Assembly (NCBI GenBank): GCA_951406725.2
Contig: OX597826.1
Span: forward strand, 25,606,001-25,670,000
Origin: Octopus vulgaris
Taxonomy: Eukaryota
Length of the DNA stretch: 64,000 nucleotides
Reading direction: 5' to 3'
Both the position numbers and the translations under genes were made by a program. Below, piece after piece: positions 25,029-39,615 of this stretch. The notes beneath the pieces are model-generated. The model did no database searches and had not been told where the DNA came from. It saw nothing but the letters and a program-made list of their open reading frames with translations. Positions within the stretch are counted from its first letter, which is position 1; each line of letters starts with the position of its first letter.

Positions 25029-25036
25029 ATATTATA

Positions 25037-25075
<39 letters not shown>

Positions 25076-25242
25076 AAATGAGAAAATGGAGAAATATATC
25101 TAAATCAATCATCAACCATCAGATAATACCCAATCAATACTTTATCAAACCATTACATAATAGCAATGATATTATACATTAATATAGTACAAATATAACA
25201 AGACATAGAAATAGAAATAGAAAATACATTTACATTGTAGCT

Positions 25243-25347
25243 GACAGCTGTTTTGGCCGTGAAGACAGGTATGTCCCATTTAACCTATTAGCCATATAAA
25301 GCAGGTATAAATGAGACATTAACAAGAAGGTCTCACGGCCTCTTCAG
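25243..25347 (-). ncRNA. Degenerate hammerhead with long stem II
   Basis: CUGAAGA-GGCCGUGA...UCACGGCC-AAAA(for GAAA)-CAGCUG-UC; palindromic stem III typical of PLE hammerheads. Confidence 0.55.
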
Positions 25348-25734
25348 AGAATTTAATGCAAGTATGAAAAAAATTTACATATAAATATAAATATGTGTGC
25401 ATACACACTCATATTCCTACATATATATATATATACATAATAATACAATATAAACAATATATATCAATATACATTAACAAACACAATAATGTTCCATATT
25501 GAACTCCACAGTTCTATAACCAACATCAAGGAACTACAACATGTACACTCACATTTAAAGCAGGCATATATATTGAACAGTCCAATCTATTAAAATATGT
25601 CATTACACAAAAAATCAATAAAATGAATATTAATATTAATAACAATAATAATAATAACAACCACGATTGTACCATCCAAAGCAAGGGGACATCCACATAT
25701 TTACTCAATCAGTCGAATTCCTCTGCCCGCATGG

Positions 25735-26305
<571 letters not shown>

Positions 26306-27094
26306 CCAATAATAATAAGGGTAAAATTAATTAATTAGTAATTAATAATTTTTCCAAGCAGTGTTCAGTATGTAAAAGGACCATTTACGGTAAATTTAAA
26401 CATTACTTTAAATAATTAGGGTTCAGCAAAAAAATTTACTTTACCTCACACCGAACTTTTAGAAATTGCAGCCAAAGAATTTAGCTATTTCTCCTACTAT
26501 AAGAAGAGTCTCCCAGACAATGTATACTCAAAAACAATTCACGTAGGCATAGAGGGAAAAATAACGAAAGATCACTCGAAAATCGATTACTTGAGAACGC
26601 GTTTGTGGGTTAGTTAGATATAGACATGCTAGAAATACATACCTATTCCAACATTCCTGTCATCAGCTCAAGATTTCGTTAAATTTAAATTTGAGAGCAC
26701 TAAAAATCGAACATACCCGTCTGATTTGAGTAACCCCAGTTGAACCACCTTCGATATCCAGTATTAAAGAATTCAAAACGTACGAATGAGGCTTTGCTCT
26801 ATAACTCAAGTGGGTGGACAGAGGAGGATGCAAAGCCTCATTCGTACGTTTTGAATTCGCTAATACTGGATATCGAAGGTACCTTCGAAACACGCATTGA
26901 GTCGAAACAGGAGTAGCTGATGAAGGGGAATATTCCTTGTATTGTTTGTCTCGTACTCTGTTTTTTCGTTGTTAAAAAAAAGTCCGTTTCCTTGTTTGAT
27001 TTTATGTTTTCGTTTCTCGTTGTGTTCTACGTTTATTTGTGGTGTCCTGTACTCATATATGCATGTATATATACATATAGATGTCGGTATGTAC

Positions 27095-27127
<33 letters not shown>

Positions 27128-28176
27128 TGCATATGTTTTATTTATTAAATTGTTATATATATATATATGCTTGTATGTGGATGTGTATGTGCGTGTGTGC
27201 GTGCATGTGTAGATGCATATTTACAGATACTACATAAACATATGTATGCCTTCTTCCTCTAATAGCCACGCTCATCACAAGCCATTGTCTCATTCTAAAT
27301 TAGCTCAAGCCTTCCTTTCTCTATAGTAAATTAAATTAATTACTTCGTACGCTGACAACCAGCCAAACCACTTAATGTATTTAGCATCACGAACCGATAT
27401 CTCTCTTGACAACTCTAATTTAATATTAGAAAACAAAAAAAGAACCGTGCCTTTGCCCCCTAAATTCCCTTCTGTATAAGAAATCTTCGGTTTCAACAAA
27501 AGCCTTTAATCTTATATGTTTGTAATGTTTATAACACTCCAAACCTTGTACACATTGGATTATTTATTTCATTATTGTAGTATTCTAATTTTGCCTTTCT
27601 TTGTTATCGTTTCAACTGACCGTTGTAGGTGTTTTGCTCCTTCGGTCTTCATACATCAATTTATAATTCTATCCAAATGCCTTGTTTCATTTTAACATTG
27701 TTTCTGTTCAGGTCTTCACTCATTTCGATAATGTTTATCATTTACATTACATAAATACTTACATACATCATGCATGCATTATGTGTAGGCACACACGTAC
27801 ATATGCACGCGAGCACACACACACACACATACATATATATACACATATATAATATTATATATATATAATGTTTTAATATAAAGCATTACATAACTTTGCG
27901 TGCAATGTTATGTTTTGTATAAAAAATAATTAACCGATGTTGGTCAATTTGTTTGTTGATCAAAAAGTTTCTCCATTGTCTGTTTATTTAGATTTGATTC
28001 CTGATAAACTTTTGTTTATTCTGTCATTACTTGTACCCTATGAGCATAGTGTGCTTGCATACCCATGCCCAGGGTTAACATAGGCAAATAATACCGGTAG
28101 TAAGAACGGATATTCTTATTCATTAGACGGTTATTCCAACCGCTAGCTGTGCTTAACTATATATATATATATATAT

Positions 28177-28590
28177 ACTCTTTTACTCTTTTACTCTTTT
28201 ACTTGTTTCAGTCAGTTGACTGCGGCCATGCTGGAGCACCGCCTTTAGTCGAGCAAATCGACCCCGGGACTTATTCTTTGTAAGCCCAGTACTTATTCTA
28301 TCGGTCTCTTTTGCCGAACCGCTAAGTGACGGGGACATAAACACACCAGCATCGGTTGTCAAGCAATGCTAGGGGGACAAACACAGACACACAAACATAC
28401 ATGCACACACATATATATATATACATATATATGACGGGCTTCTTTCAGTTTCCGTCTACCAAATCCACTCACAAGGCTTTGGTCGACCCGAGGCTATAGT
28501 AGAAGACACTTGCCCAAGATGTCACGCAGTGGGACTGAACCCGGAACCATGTGGTTGGTAAGCAAGCTACTTACCACACAGCCACTCCTG
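28177..28590 (-). mobile_element. SINE family A, young full-length copy
   Basis: Close match to 2851-3252 along its length. Confidence 0.88.
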
Positions 28591-29407
28591 ACACAACGCG
28601 CCGCCTGGAATCAAACTCACGACCTTACGATCGTGAGCCGAATATCCTAATCACTAATTAACGCATCTATACTCACGTCTTGTACCAGTCAGGCGCTAGT
28701 GCAGCACCCACTTTCTCTCTCTCTCCCTCTCTGAAGTCATCACCTCTTGTATCAATCTAGCAACGGTGTTGCTTTCTCTCTCTCAAACTGTCACTTCCTG
28801 GATGCTCCACTGAGTCAACGATGTGAGGGTCGAGAAGAACTATATTTCTGCTCGCTACTACCCAGACACCTCAAACAATTCAGCGAGAACCTGGCTCATG
28901 CTATCAAGTAACGCTCACTTGCGAGTGACGGTGGAAGTTTTTCATTCTCATAATACCTAGGATTTATTGAGCACATTTATATATTTTGTACGACTTGAGA
29001 CATTATATAACAGCACATTAAGGTGTTACTACTGTACACATATTTAACGATATATTTAACAAGATGCCAGCCGAAAAAAAATGGATTTCTCCAGTAAAAA
29101 AGACTCTATCATTAACGATATAATTTCACCATGCTAAGAATGAACAGTAATTTCATCTCTCTCGTAAACTAGTATTAATCTTCCTGAAAACTCTTCTTTT
29201 ACAGATAGTTATAAAAGAAAAAAAAAAAACTCAAAGAAAACTAGATAATATATATCTCCTCAAGCTAGCGTAGGAAGTTTCATCACGACTACTCGACCTG
29301 CTAGAAATAGTAGTGAAATGTTTCGTAAATGACACTGCATTATTAAATAGAGTTATAGTCGTACATACATACAAATATGCAAACATGTATATTTAAGTAT
29401 GTATACA

Positions 29408-29450
<43 letters not shown>

Positions 29451-29470
29451 ATCTTTAAGTAAGTGTATAT

Positions 29471-29651
29471 ATAAAGGGAAAGTTTACGAAAATAAACAAA
29501 AGACAAAGGCAGGTGGTGTACAAACAAACAGATGTATTAGTATAGCGATCAGGAATAGAAAAAGTCTTTTACGTTTCGAGCCTACGCTCTTCTACAGAAA
29601 GATACACAGAAAAAAAACAAGGAGAGAAAAAATGTGTGTAGTAGATAACGA
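29471..29651 (-). mobile_element. Diverged PLE terminal-repeat copy
   Basis: Aligns with 22811-23010 including the hammerhead-like motif. Confidence 0.8.
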
Positions 29652-29652
29652 C

Positions 29653-29740
<88 letters not shown>

Positions 29741-31005
29741 ATATATATATATATATATGTATACTTACTTGGAAATGGATGCGTGGCGTTCAGTCATATA
29801 ATATGAATAATATATTAATATATATACATACATATATGTGCATACATATTATATGTATATACACATGCATATATCGGTACAGGACACCACAGAATGTAAA
29901 CAACATGAAATACGAAAACATGGAATACAGACTTTTTTCGAACAAGAAAATAACCAAATGGAAAACAAGACCAGCAGCATAAAACAAACGACCCTTCATC
30001 AATTGTCGGCTGTTTTTCGACTTCGTATTTCGAGCAATTCACGACAAGATAAGTTTTCGACAAAACAGTTGCTCCCGCAAAGCAAATTAAATAAAATTTT
30101 GGATTTTGCGGAGGATCAAAGTTGGTAACAAAAACAGGACAGTGAAAACAAACAAGAAGGACTGCTAAGCCTGAACGAGTTGAGTTGATGAACCCGGAGG
30201 AACAAGCTCTGGCAGGAGACAGACAAGTATGCGTCTTAACTCTGCGGTTGATCAGAGAGAAAGAAAGAAATTCAAGTTAGGAAAAGAAAGACGGCCGATG
30301 ATCACGTGCGAGCAACGAGAGCAAAGGCGGAAGAGTGAGGGAGAGAGGGGGACAGACAGGGAACGGCGAAGGCGAGAGGAAAAGAATTAGAGAAAGGATA
30401 AGAGAGAAAAAACAAGAGGGGGAGAAGGGGAGAGAAAAAGAATTAGAGAAAGGAAGAGAAAGGAAACGAAATATATATATATATATACACACATGCATAT
30501 TTGTATGTATGCATGTATATATATACTTCAAATGTTTATGTATGTATCTATGCATGTATGTATGTATGCATGTATATATTTATGTATGTATTATGCACAT
30601 CACAATGTAAAGAGAACTGAAATTAATTTAAACATTACAAAGCTTCACTGTAGGAGAATTAACAATGTAAATTCATCCTTACCATACTAGTGATAATTGG
30701 AAAACGAGGGAAGGAGTCTCTTGACGAACTGTTTCTTTGTTTGCTGATCTCGCCTCAGGGAAGATGTATCTGGCTTCGTTCTACAATCAATAACATATAC
30801 CAGTAGCGGTAGGAAGCAAGGGATAAGGTAGGATATACAGTAAAAGCAGCCTAATTTGCATATTTGTGGTTTTGACGGTTCGTCATTAAACAATATCAAC
30901 TGCATTTTTTTATTGCTCAAAACAGTATAAATCAGAAAAAGAAATGTAATAAATTGAAGTATTACATGGTTTCACAGTGAGTGAAATAAGAATGTAAATG
31001 GACTC

Positions 31006-31067
<62 letters not shown>

Positions 31068-32010
31068 TTTCAAATTTTGGCACACACCCAGTAAGATCGG
31101 GGAGGGGGATGATCAATCATGTCGATCCCAGTGCTTAACTGGTACTTATTTTATCGACCTCGAAAGAATGGGAGGCAAAGTCGACCACAGTGGAATTTGA
31201 ACACAGAACCTGAAAACGGGAGAAAAGCCGCGACACATTTTACCTGCTGTGATAACAATTCTGCCAACTCGCCGCCTTAATAATGATGATAATAATAACA
31301 ACAACAACAACAACAACGAAGATTTTAGCTTTGAGAACTCCTTCATTTGAAAATATAAAAAATTGAAATTCATAACGAAAAAATATTTATTGAAAAATAT
31401 TGAAAAAATATTTATCATTGAAAATATGATTTCAAATTTTATATTTGAAAATGTTGAAAGAAAGTCAGGAGATAGTAAATAGTTAAAAATAACTACAAAA
31501 ACAAAACAAAACAAAAACGATGCCTAAAAATACAAACTCTTATTTTATACAAAATTTAGCGAAAGAAAAAAAAAATTAAAAGTGAAGAAATTAAAAGACT
31601 ACAAGAAAGGATTTTGTAACTATTAATTTGAAGATTCTGAAAAACAAAAAATGTCTTCCATTCAAAAACGCTAGACATTAAACTACAAACAAAATCGATG
31701 ATTATTATTATTATTGTATTCTTGAATATCATATCTATTTTAGATTTAATAATCCGTCAGCCATTTTATTACTACTAATAACTTGTGTGTTTGTTCGTTA
31801 TATATTTTATATTGTCTTTGTTTACTTCTTTTGTGTTTTTTTAAAACTATTGTTTTGTTTCATGCGAAAGGAAAAGAGTCTTCAAATGGAAGGAAGTACT
31901 GTTCGAGTCTCTTTACTGTTATCTATCTATTTACCCACCTCTCTTTCTTTATTTATCTATTTATTTATCTATTTATTTATCTATTTATTCTATATGTCTG
32001 TCTACCTACG

Positions 32011-32087
<77 letters not shown>

Positions 32088-32088
32088 G

Positions 32089-32139
<51 letters not shown>

Positions 32140-32144
32140 GTTTG

Positions 32145-32251
<107 letters not shown>

Positions 32252-32259
32252 GTTTGTCT

Positions 32260-32997
32260 GATCAAACAGAGACCGAGGCTAGACGAATGGCACCGCGAGT
32301 GCTGCCTTGCTCAGAAGCAACTCTGCCGCCCGGAACCAAACGTGTGCAACTTCAATTCCACAAAGCGTTCTATAGAGGATTAGTGGAGAGGAGGTGCGAC
32401 GACGTTCTCGGACAGAATCTGGGTGTCGACGAGGAACACTGACCCGCTTGTTCAGGACAATTTTCTGACCGAGCCCTATGGACAATCACCAAAATCCCTG
32501 GCCTGGCAGTACTATCGAGAAGCATTACCTCTTCGGATAAGCTCTACAGGCACGGTTCGAGACACACTGGACTGACTTGACGAGATGCGGTCAGAGCGAC
32601 GAAACCGTTCTGCATGCACTCGTGCAGTGTCCAACCATTTCAGACCTGTGGGCTTATGCTGAACGGCTGCTGTCACATATGGGACGAGTCCGCCTGTCGG
32701 CCGAGTCTATCTTGAAAGTTGCTCCGCTACCTCCCCTCAAACGGGAAGACAAAGCAGTCTTCATCGTACTGGTGGCCATGGTGAAAGAATGTGTGTGGTG
32801 GACTCGAGCGAAAGGATTAGAGAAAAAACACTTACCTCTCTGGCCAAACGCTCATCAACTTTTTCAGGTACCACTTGAAAAGGAAGGTGAGAATGGAGAG
32901 GCAGGTTTTGTCTCGTGAAAGTTTCAAAAAAAGGTGGGTGAATGTAGCAAAGATGTAGCGTGCGTGTGACGAAGCCACTTTGAGCATGATCCTGTAT

Positions 32998-33041
<44 letters not shown>

Positions 33042-33380
33042 ACTTTGCTCTCATGTGTCTATTCCCCCCTACCTGAGGGAATAAACACATTTTCCGTAGG
33101 CTTTTCTTTCCCAGGATAATCCTAATCTTGCTTCTCCTCTTTCACCACCACCACATCCTCCTCCTCCCCCTCCTCCTCCTCCTTGCGATTCTTTTTCTCT
33201 CACATATGTGTGTGTGTAGCGCTCCTTTATTCATTGTCTCCTCTTTGTGATTCGTTTTTTCCCTCCTTTACTCGTTGCCCGTCACCAAGCCTAGTAATGT
33301 ACTCTTACTGTATCTCTTATGTTAACTCTTTCTACATCTTTATTCCACTCTTCCATTTCTCTTTCTGTAGAGTGTAATAC
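32260..33380 (+). mobile_element. 5'-truncated Tx1/L1-like LINE (ORF2 C-terminus + 3' UTR)
   Basis: YREALP, RCGQSDETVLHALVQCP zinc-knuckle remnant, frameshifts; 3' boundary approximate. Confidence 0.7.
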
Positions 33381-33467
33381 TTGACTAGGAAAACCAATCA
33401 ACCAGCTAAGCAACCAATATTTATAACCGCAAATAATATATATTCCTTTATTCTTTTACTAGTTTCA

Positions 33468-33603
33468 GTCATTTATCTCGACTTTGATAAAGTCAATCAT
33501 GGAATGATATGTCACAAACTGCGTGATCTTGGCATAGTTGGAAAATTGGGAGAATGGCTTCATGACTTTCTGAAGGATAGAAGTCAGGTGGTAGTAGCCA
33601 ATT
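33468..33603 (+). pseudogene. Short non-LTR RT fragment (CR1/L2/Jockey-like)
   Basis: IYLDFDKVNHG..KL..LGI.GKL..WL.DFL.DRSQ.V. Confidence 0.75.
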
Positions 33604-34188
33604 AACACGCAAATAGTGAGCGGTATTTCGTCTGTCGTTACGTTCCGAGTTCAAATTCCGCCGAGGTCGACTTTGCCTTTCATCCTTTCAGGGTCGATAA
33701 ATTAAGTACCACTTACGCACTGGGGTCGATGTAATCGACTTAATCCCTTTGTCTGTCCTTGTTTGTCCCCTCTATGTTTAGCCTCTTGTGGGTAGTAAAG
33801 AAAAAAAAAAAAATTATTATTATTAATTATTGATAATTTTTTATGGAAAATTTTCGAAGAAACGCCTGCATTACTTTATTTGCTGCCGACAAAAAACTGC
33901 GCTTGCGCGGTGGATTTGAAAAATCATGATGTATAAACACGGGGCACATGCTGGATTGCCTCATACTTATATATATAATCTAGGCGTACCTGTTGATGAA
34001 GACTTCGCCTAGCAAATTATTTTATTTGCTAAAAAATGACTGAAACCATGGTCCATGAGATAGATGGTAAATGTTTTTATTTTTCCCTCCCTTCGAAGTT
34101 TATACCTAATAGTGGTTTGGATTTTAGCTATTCCTTCTAGCGTGCAAGGAATCCTATGACGGATAGCTTTTATGTGTTTAAATATACA

Positions 34189-34222
<34 letters not shown>

Positions 34223-34550
34223 TGTATATATATTTGTGTATGCGTGTATGTGTGTGCATGTGCGCATGTGTGTGTGTATGCGTGCGTGTGTGCATCTGTG
34301 TATGCTCTCCACCACTGCTTGAGAACGTAGCGGTTCGGTTAGAAACACCGACAGAATACGTAGCAAGCTTATATATACTACTGTTATGCTGGAAGACCTC
34401 CTTGAAGGGTGTAGTGAAGCAAATCGACCCATAGTACTTATGCTATCGGCCTCTTTTGCCGATCCGCTTTTGCCGATCGTCATGAGTACGTAATCAAGCC
34501 ACCACCGGTTGTCGAACGGCGCTGAGGGCATACACAGACACAAAGACACG

Positions 34551-34582
<32 letters not shown>

Positions 34583-35771
34583 CAACGGGCTTCTTTCAGT
34601 TTTCGTCTACCAAATCCACTCACAAGGTTTTGGTCGTCTCGAGGCTATAGTAGAAGACACTCACCCAAGGTGCCACGCAGTGGGGCTGAACACGGAACCA
34701 TGTGATTGGGAAGCAAGCTTCTTACCACATAGCCACGCCTTATATATATATATAAGCGAGTTATATGTAGCATCATAAATCTGAGTACTTTACCAGCTTT
34801 CCACTAGGAGTTAAATGAATAGCTAGATGAAATGATTGATCATAGTAGTGTTATACACGGTGGCATAAAAACATTTCAAGCAAAGTTTATATGTAAATGT
34901 ACGTACATACATATAGAACGTGTAAATGTGTGTGAATTCTATAGTAAATCTATAGTATTTAAATGAGTGCTCAATACACAAATTACGTAGAGTGGATATA
35001 TCTATTAGATATCAACCCGACGGATGAGTTAGCTCGTCTCACGACTATAACACGAATAAAAAAGAGGAAGGTTGTGAGATAAGGAGGCAGCAAAAAACAT
35101 ATATGAGGCTGAACAAATAAAACCTAAGTGGAAAAGCGTTGAAAATATGAAATGAATTAAGAACACTCGAAGTATGTGCACAACATGTTTCGGGTTAGAC
35201 ACTTTAGCAAAAAGAAGGAAAATGAATAAGAGAGATAAGAGAAAAAGAAATAACAGAATCGAAATTACAGCGTCTCTTTCTTTTAGGGGTAAAGGGTTAA
35301 TGTAAATCTATGCATGTATACACATGTGTGTGTATATGTGCGTGTATTTGTGTGCGAGTGTGTATGTATTTGTGTGCGAGTGTGCTGTTATTCAAATGTT
35401 TATACTTATTATTCCATTAATTCTACCTCTATCAATGAGGACACAATTCCACGTCACAACGGCAACAACAATATAAATTTATATTGTTGCCGTTGTGACA
35501 AGGTTTCGTGCCCTGATTGATAGAGATAGAATTAATGGAATAATACCAATGTTTCCTTCGAAACACATGTCGGAAGTATAAAGATTTGAATAACAGCTAC
35601 GTTTAACACAATTTCTTTATTTATGTTATACAAAATCATTTCACTAAACCCTGGAATTTCTATCTTGTAACATCCTTGGTACTTATGTGAATTTTTTGCT
35701 TCCTCGGTAACAATTTATTTTTCCGTGTTGTTTGTAAACATTGAAAGATACACATACATTTATATATATGC

Positions 35772-35851
<80 letters not shown>

Positions 35852-35896
35852 GTATATATATATATATGTATATATATATATGTATATATATATATG

Positions 35897-35969
<73 letters not shown>

Positions 35970-36909
35970 ATATGTATGTATAAATGTATGTATGTACTAT
36001 AGATGAATATGTAGATGCCTACGTGTATTAACGTATAGAAATACAATACGCACACTCGCATATATGTGTGTATATATGTATATAAATTTGTATATGTACG
36101 TCTGTAAGTATGTGTACGCACATATGTAGGTGTATGTATATGCACGTGCGCATACATGCATACAGACATATATACTTATATATGTACATACATGTACACA
36201 CATATAGAATAAAGAATTGGATTCAGAAAATCATGACTACACACACACACACACATACATGCACATTTAGTGCTTTATGCGGTATATGCGTGTTCATAAA
36301 CTTTTTGAAAGTACACGTACATAGCTATACCCTATTAGCCCGCATACTCTTAAACATACAATATAGACATACATTAAACATACATACGATATACGCAACA
36401 CGCGCACGCAATATGTATACAACACACACACAATTCACCGGCACACTGCAGCAACACACAAAAATACTCACAAACTACTCATATATGCTACATATACCCC
36501 CCCACACACATATGCACGCAGAGTGAATAAAAATCGATATTATGTTTGATCGTATCCTATAATACTAAATTCTACAGTTATTCGATTATTTCGAGAACAA
36601 CCAGCCTAGATTATTATCGTTGCTCATCTTCTGGAACCGTCTTTGGCTGGCAAAAGAATGGAGCTGCTAAACTTACGTAATTCACTTTAATATCCAATAG
36701 TTCTTGTTTATGGTTAAAAATGCACGGCAGAAATAACATTTAGCTTCTCTTAATAACCCAGACATCAGCCATTTAAAGATAATAATTGCAATAATAATAA
36801 TAATAATAATAATAATGATAATAATAATAATAATAATAATAAATAATAAATAATAATAATAATAATAATTAATGATAATAATAAATAATAATAATAAAAT
36901 AAAAATAAA

Positions 36910-36984
<75 letters not shown>

Positions 36985-37509
36985 TATGATCAATACCACA
37001 GACTTGCGAGTCAGTTGTTTGAACTTAATCAGTTGAGCATGTCCCTTAGTGGCTGACGATATTTGCATCTCTGATCACGAGCAGAGGTAGTGGGGGAGCA
37101 TCATAACCATGTGTTGAGAGGAATTATTTGGGGTTAGAATTATTCACATTTGGAAACATGAGTGTTTTGTTCATCATCCTTAAACAACCTTTATTCAGGG
37201 TCCTTTTGAGCGGGATGAACTACTCGACCTGAAAAAAACTGGACCCCACCTGCAAGGTCATTCGCTGTTTATCTTGATATGAGATCACCATGTCGCGCAC
37301 TTATGGTTGTGACGCATGTGCCTGGTGTACCTTTGTCGGACGGATAGTCATGATGAATATACTGGCTTTGTATATTTTACCCCAGCGTCACTTTGATGGC
37401 ATGCGCTGCTCTCTCACTCGATAATAATAATGATGATAATAATAATAATACTACTAACAACAACAACAACAACAACAATAATAATGATAATAATAACAAT
37501 AATAGTAAG

Positions 37510-38690
37510 GTGTTAACCATAAATTCCTTTAAAGTTCAAGTTGTTACTTATAGCTTCAATGTGTTGAACTGGAATATCAGTGAATAAAGAAAATTGACAA
37601 GGAAATCCGTAAGCTGCTGACTTCTAATAAAATGTACAGCCCAGGGCCCAAGGAAGTCGAGGCTTGAACCAGTTCGAACTTTCTTGACAAACTACCGCAA
37701 TTTGACTGGCCAAATATCTTGAAACAACTAAGAACTGAATGCTAAAACCATTGAAAGTCACAAGAGGCATAAAAAGCTTCATTCTGTCTTGAAGAAACGC
37801 AAAAAATTATTTGCTATTGATTTCATGTATTATACCCAAGCTGATAAACCTGAAGATAGCGTGGCAACTGTTGCTTGCTAAGAAAGTAAAATTAGTAGCA
37901 AAGAAAAACGTGCATAAACAATTGGCTGATAGGTAGTTTGAGGAACCTCTGTGTGGCAAATATGTGTCCCGTAACAAAGAAACTGATGTTGGCCAGATGT
38001 ACACCCATCAGCGGCTAGGAAACTCGGGGCTGGAAGCAGAGAGCAAAGGCTTCATCTTAGCTATTCGAGATCAAAACTTATTGATCTGGAACTACCAAGC
38101 CAACGTGATGGAAAATGGAGTAGATACAAAGTGCCGTTTCTGCAATGATAAGATAGAAACAGTGGACCTCTTAATCTCGAGATATAAAGTTTTAGCACCA
38201 ACAGGGTATAAATCATAAATCAAGACATGACAGAGTTAGCCAATATCTACACTGGTTAATATGTCGGCATTATAAAATCAAAACTGTTTACAAGTTGTAC
38301 AAGCTTCACCTTGGGGTTGTAACTGAGGAAGAAAATGTAACTGTTCTTTGGGACTTTCTAGTACATATAGACAGAACTATCAAAGCTAATAAACCGTATG
38401 TTGTAAAAGACCAAAATAATAAAGTCTGTTTATCGATTGACATGAGTATCACTTGTGCTCATAATCTATCGCAGAAGAATTTGAAAAGCTCAGAAAATAT
38501 AAAGATTCGCTCATTGAAATCGAAAAATGTGGCATCTAATGGTGATTACAATACCAGTGATTGTAAGAGCATTAAGAATGGTAACAGACAGAACTGAAGA
38601 TTATTTGAGAGTGATCCCTGGTTTACCACTCCTGCAAGAAGTTCAAAATATTGTACATGTATTGAAAAGAGCATTGTCGCTGCGAGAAAT
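37510..38690 (+). pseudogene. R4/Dong-like RLE non-LTR retrotransposon, 3' portion
   Basis: GLEAESKGFILAIRDQ, KCRFC..ETVDL, RHD, VLWDF..HIDRTIKANKP, C.SIDMS; many stops and frameshifts. Confidence 0.8.
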
Positions 38691-39215
38691 ATTATCATCC
38701 ATATAAATAATTCTTTCCTCGAAAACTATTTGATTTTGGACGTGAACAACCTGGTGTGTTTATTTTAATTTCTTTTGACTCTTTACTTTCTGAGTTCAAA
38801 TCCTTGCGAGGTCACTTTACCTTTCATCCTTTCGTGGTTTATAAAATAAAGTACCAGTCAAGTACTGGGGGATGCCATCTACCCCAGTCAAGTACTGGGG
38901 TAGATGGCACCCCCGTCAAAATTGCTGGCCATTAACTCTGCGGCAGAATGGCGTCTTGTTCAAGGGAATGTTGTGATTCCGGTGATTTATACTTCATGGA
39001 AACCGGGTAACCGTCCTTATGAGGCCCAGAGCTCAACAAAACTAAAACATTATATTGGTTTTCAAAATTTCGGGTGAGGGGTTAAGTCGATTACATCGAC
39101 TGTAGTATGAAAAGGAAAGTAGAACTCGGAGGAATCTGAACTCACAACGTAAAGGCGGACGAAATGCCGCTAAGCAGTTTATTCGGCGTTATCGATTCTG
39201 CCAGATCGCCGTACT

Positions 39216-39385
39216 TTGTTTCAGTCATTTGACTGTGACCTTTAGTCGAGCAAATCAGCCCTAGGAATTATTCTTTGTAAGCCTAGTACTTATTCTGTCA
39301 GTCTATTTTGCCGAACCGCTAAGTTACGGTGACCTAACCACATCGGGTGTCAAGCGATGTTGGGGGGACAAACACAGACACACAA

Positions 39386-39460
<75 letters not shown>

Positions 39461-39615
39461 CGACGGGCTTCTTTCAGTTTCCGTCTACCAAATCCACTCA
39501 CAAGGCTTTGGTCGACCCGAGGCTATAGTAGAAGACACTTGCCCAAGGTGCCACGCAGTGGGACTGAACCCTGTGGTTGGTAAACAAACTACTTACCACA
39601 CAGCCACTCCTACAC
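39216..39615 (-). mobile_element. SINE family A
   Basis: Matches other copies. Confidence 0.82.

Noticed and set aside
38874-38908. 15-bp perfect hairpin
   Set aside because: Lies within a SINE B remnant; best explained as a local template-switch duplication.
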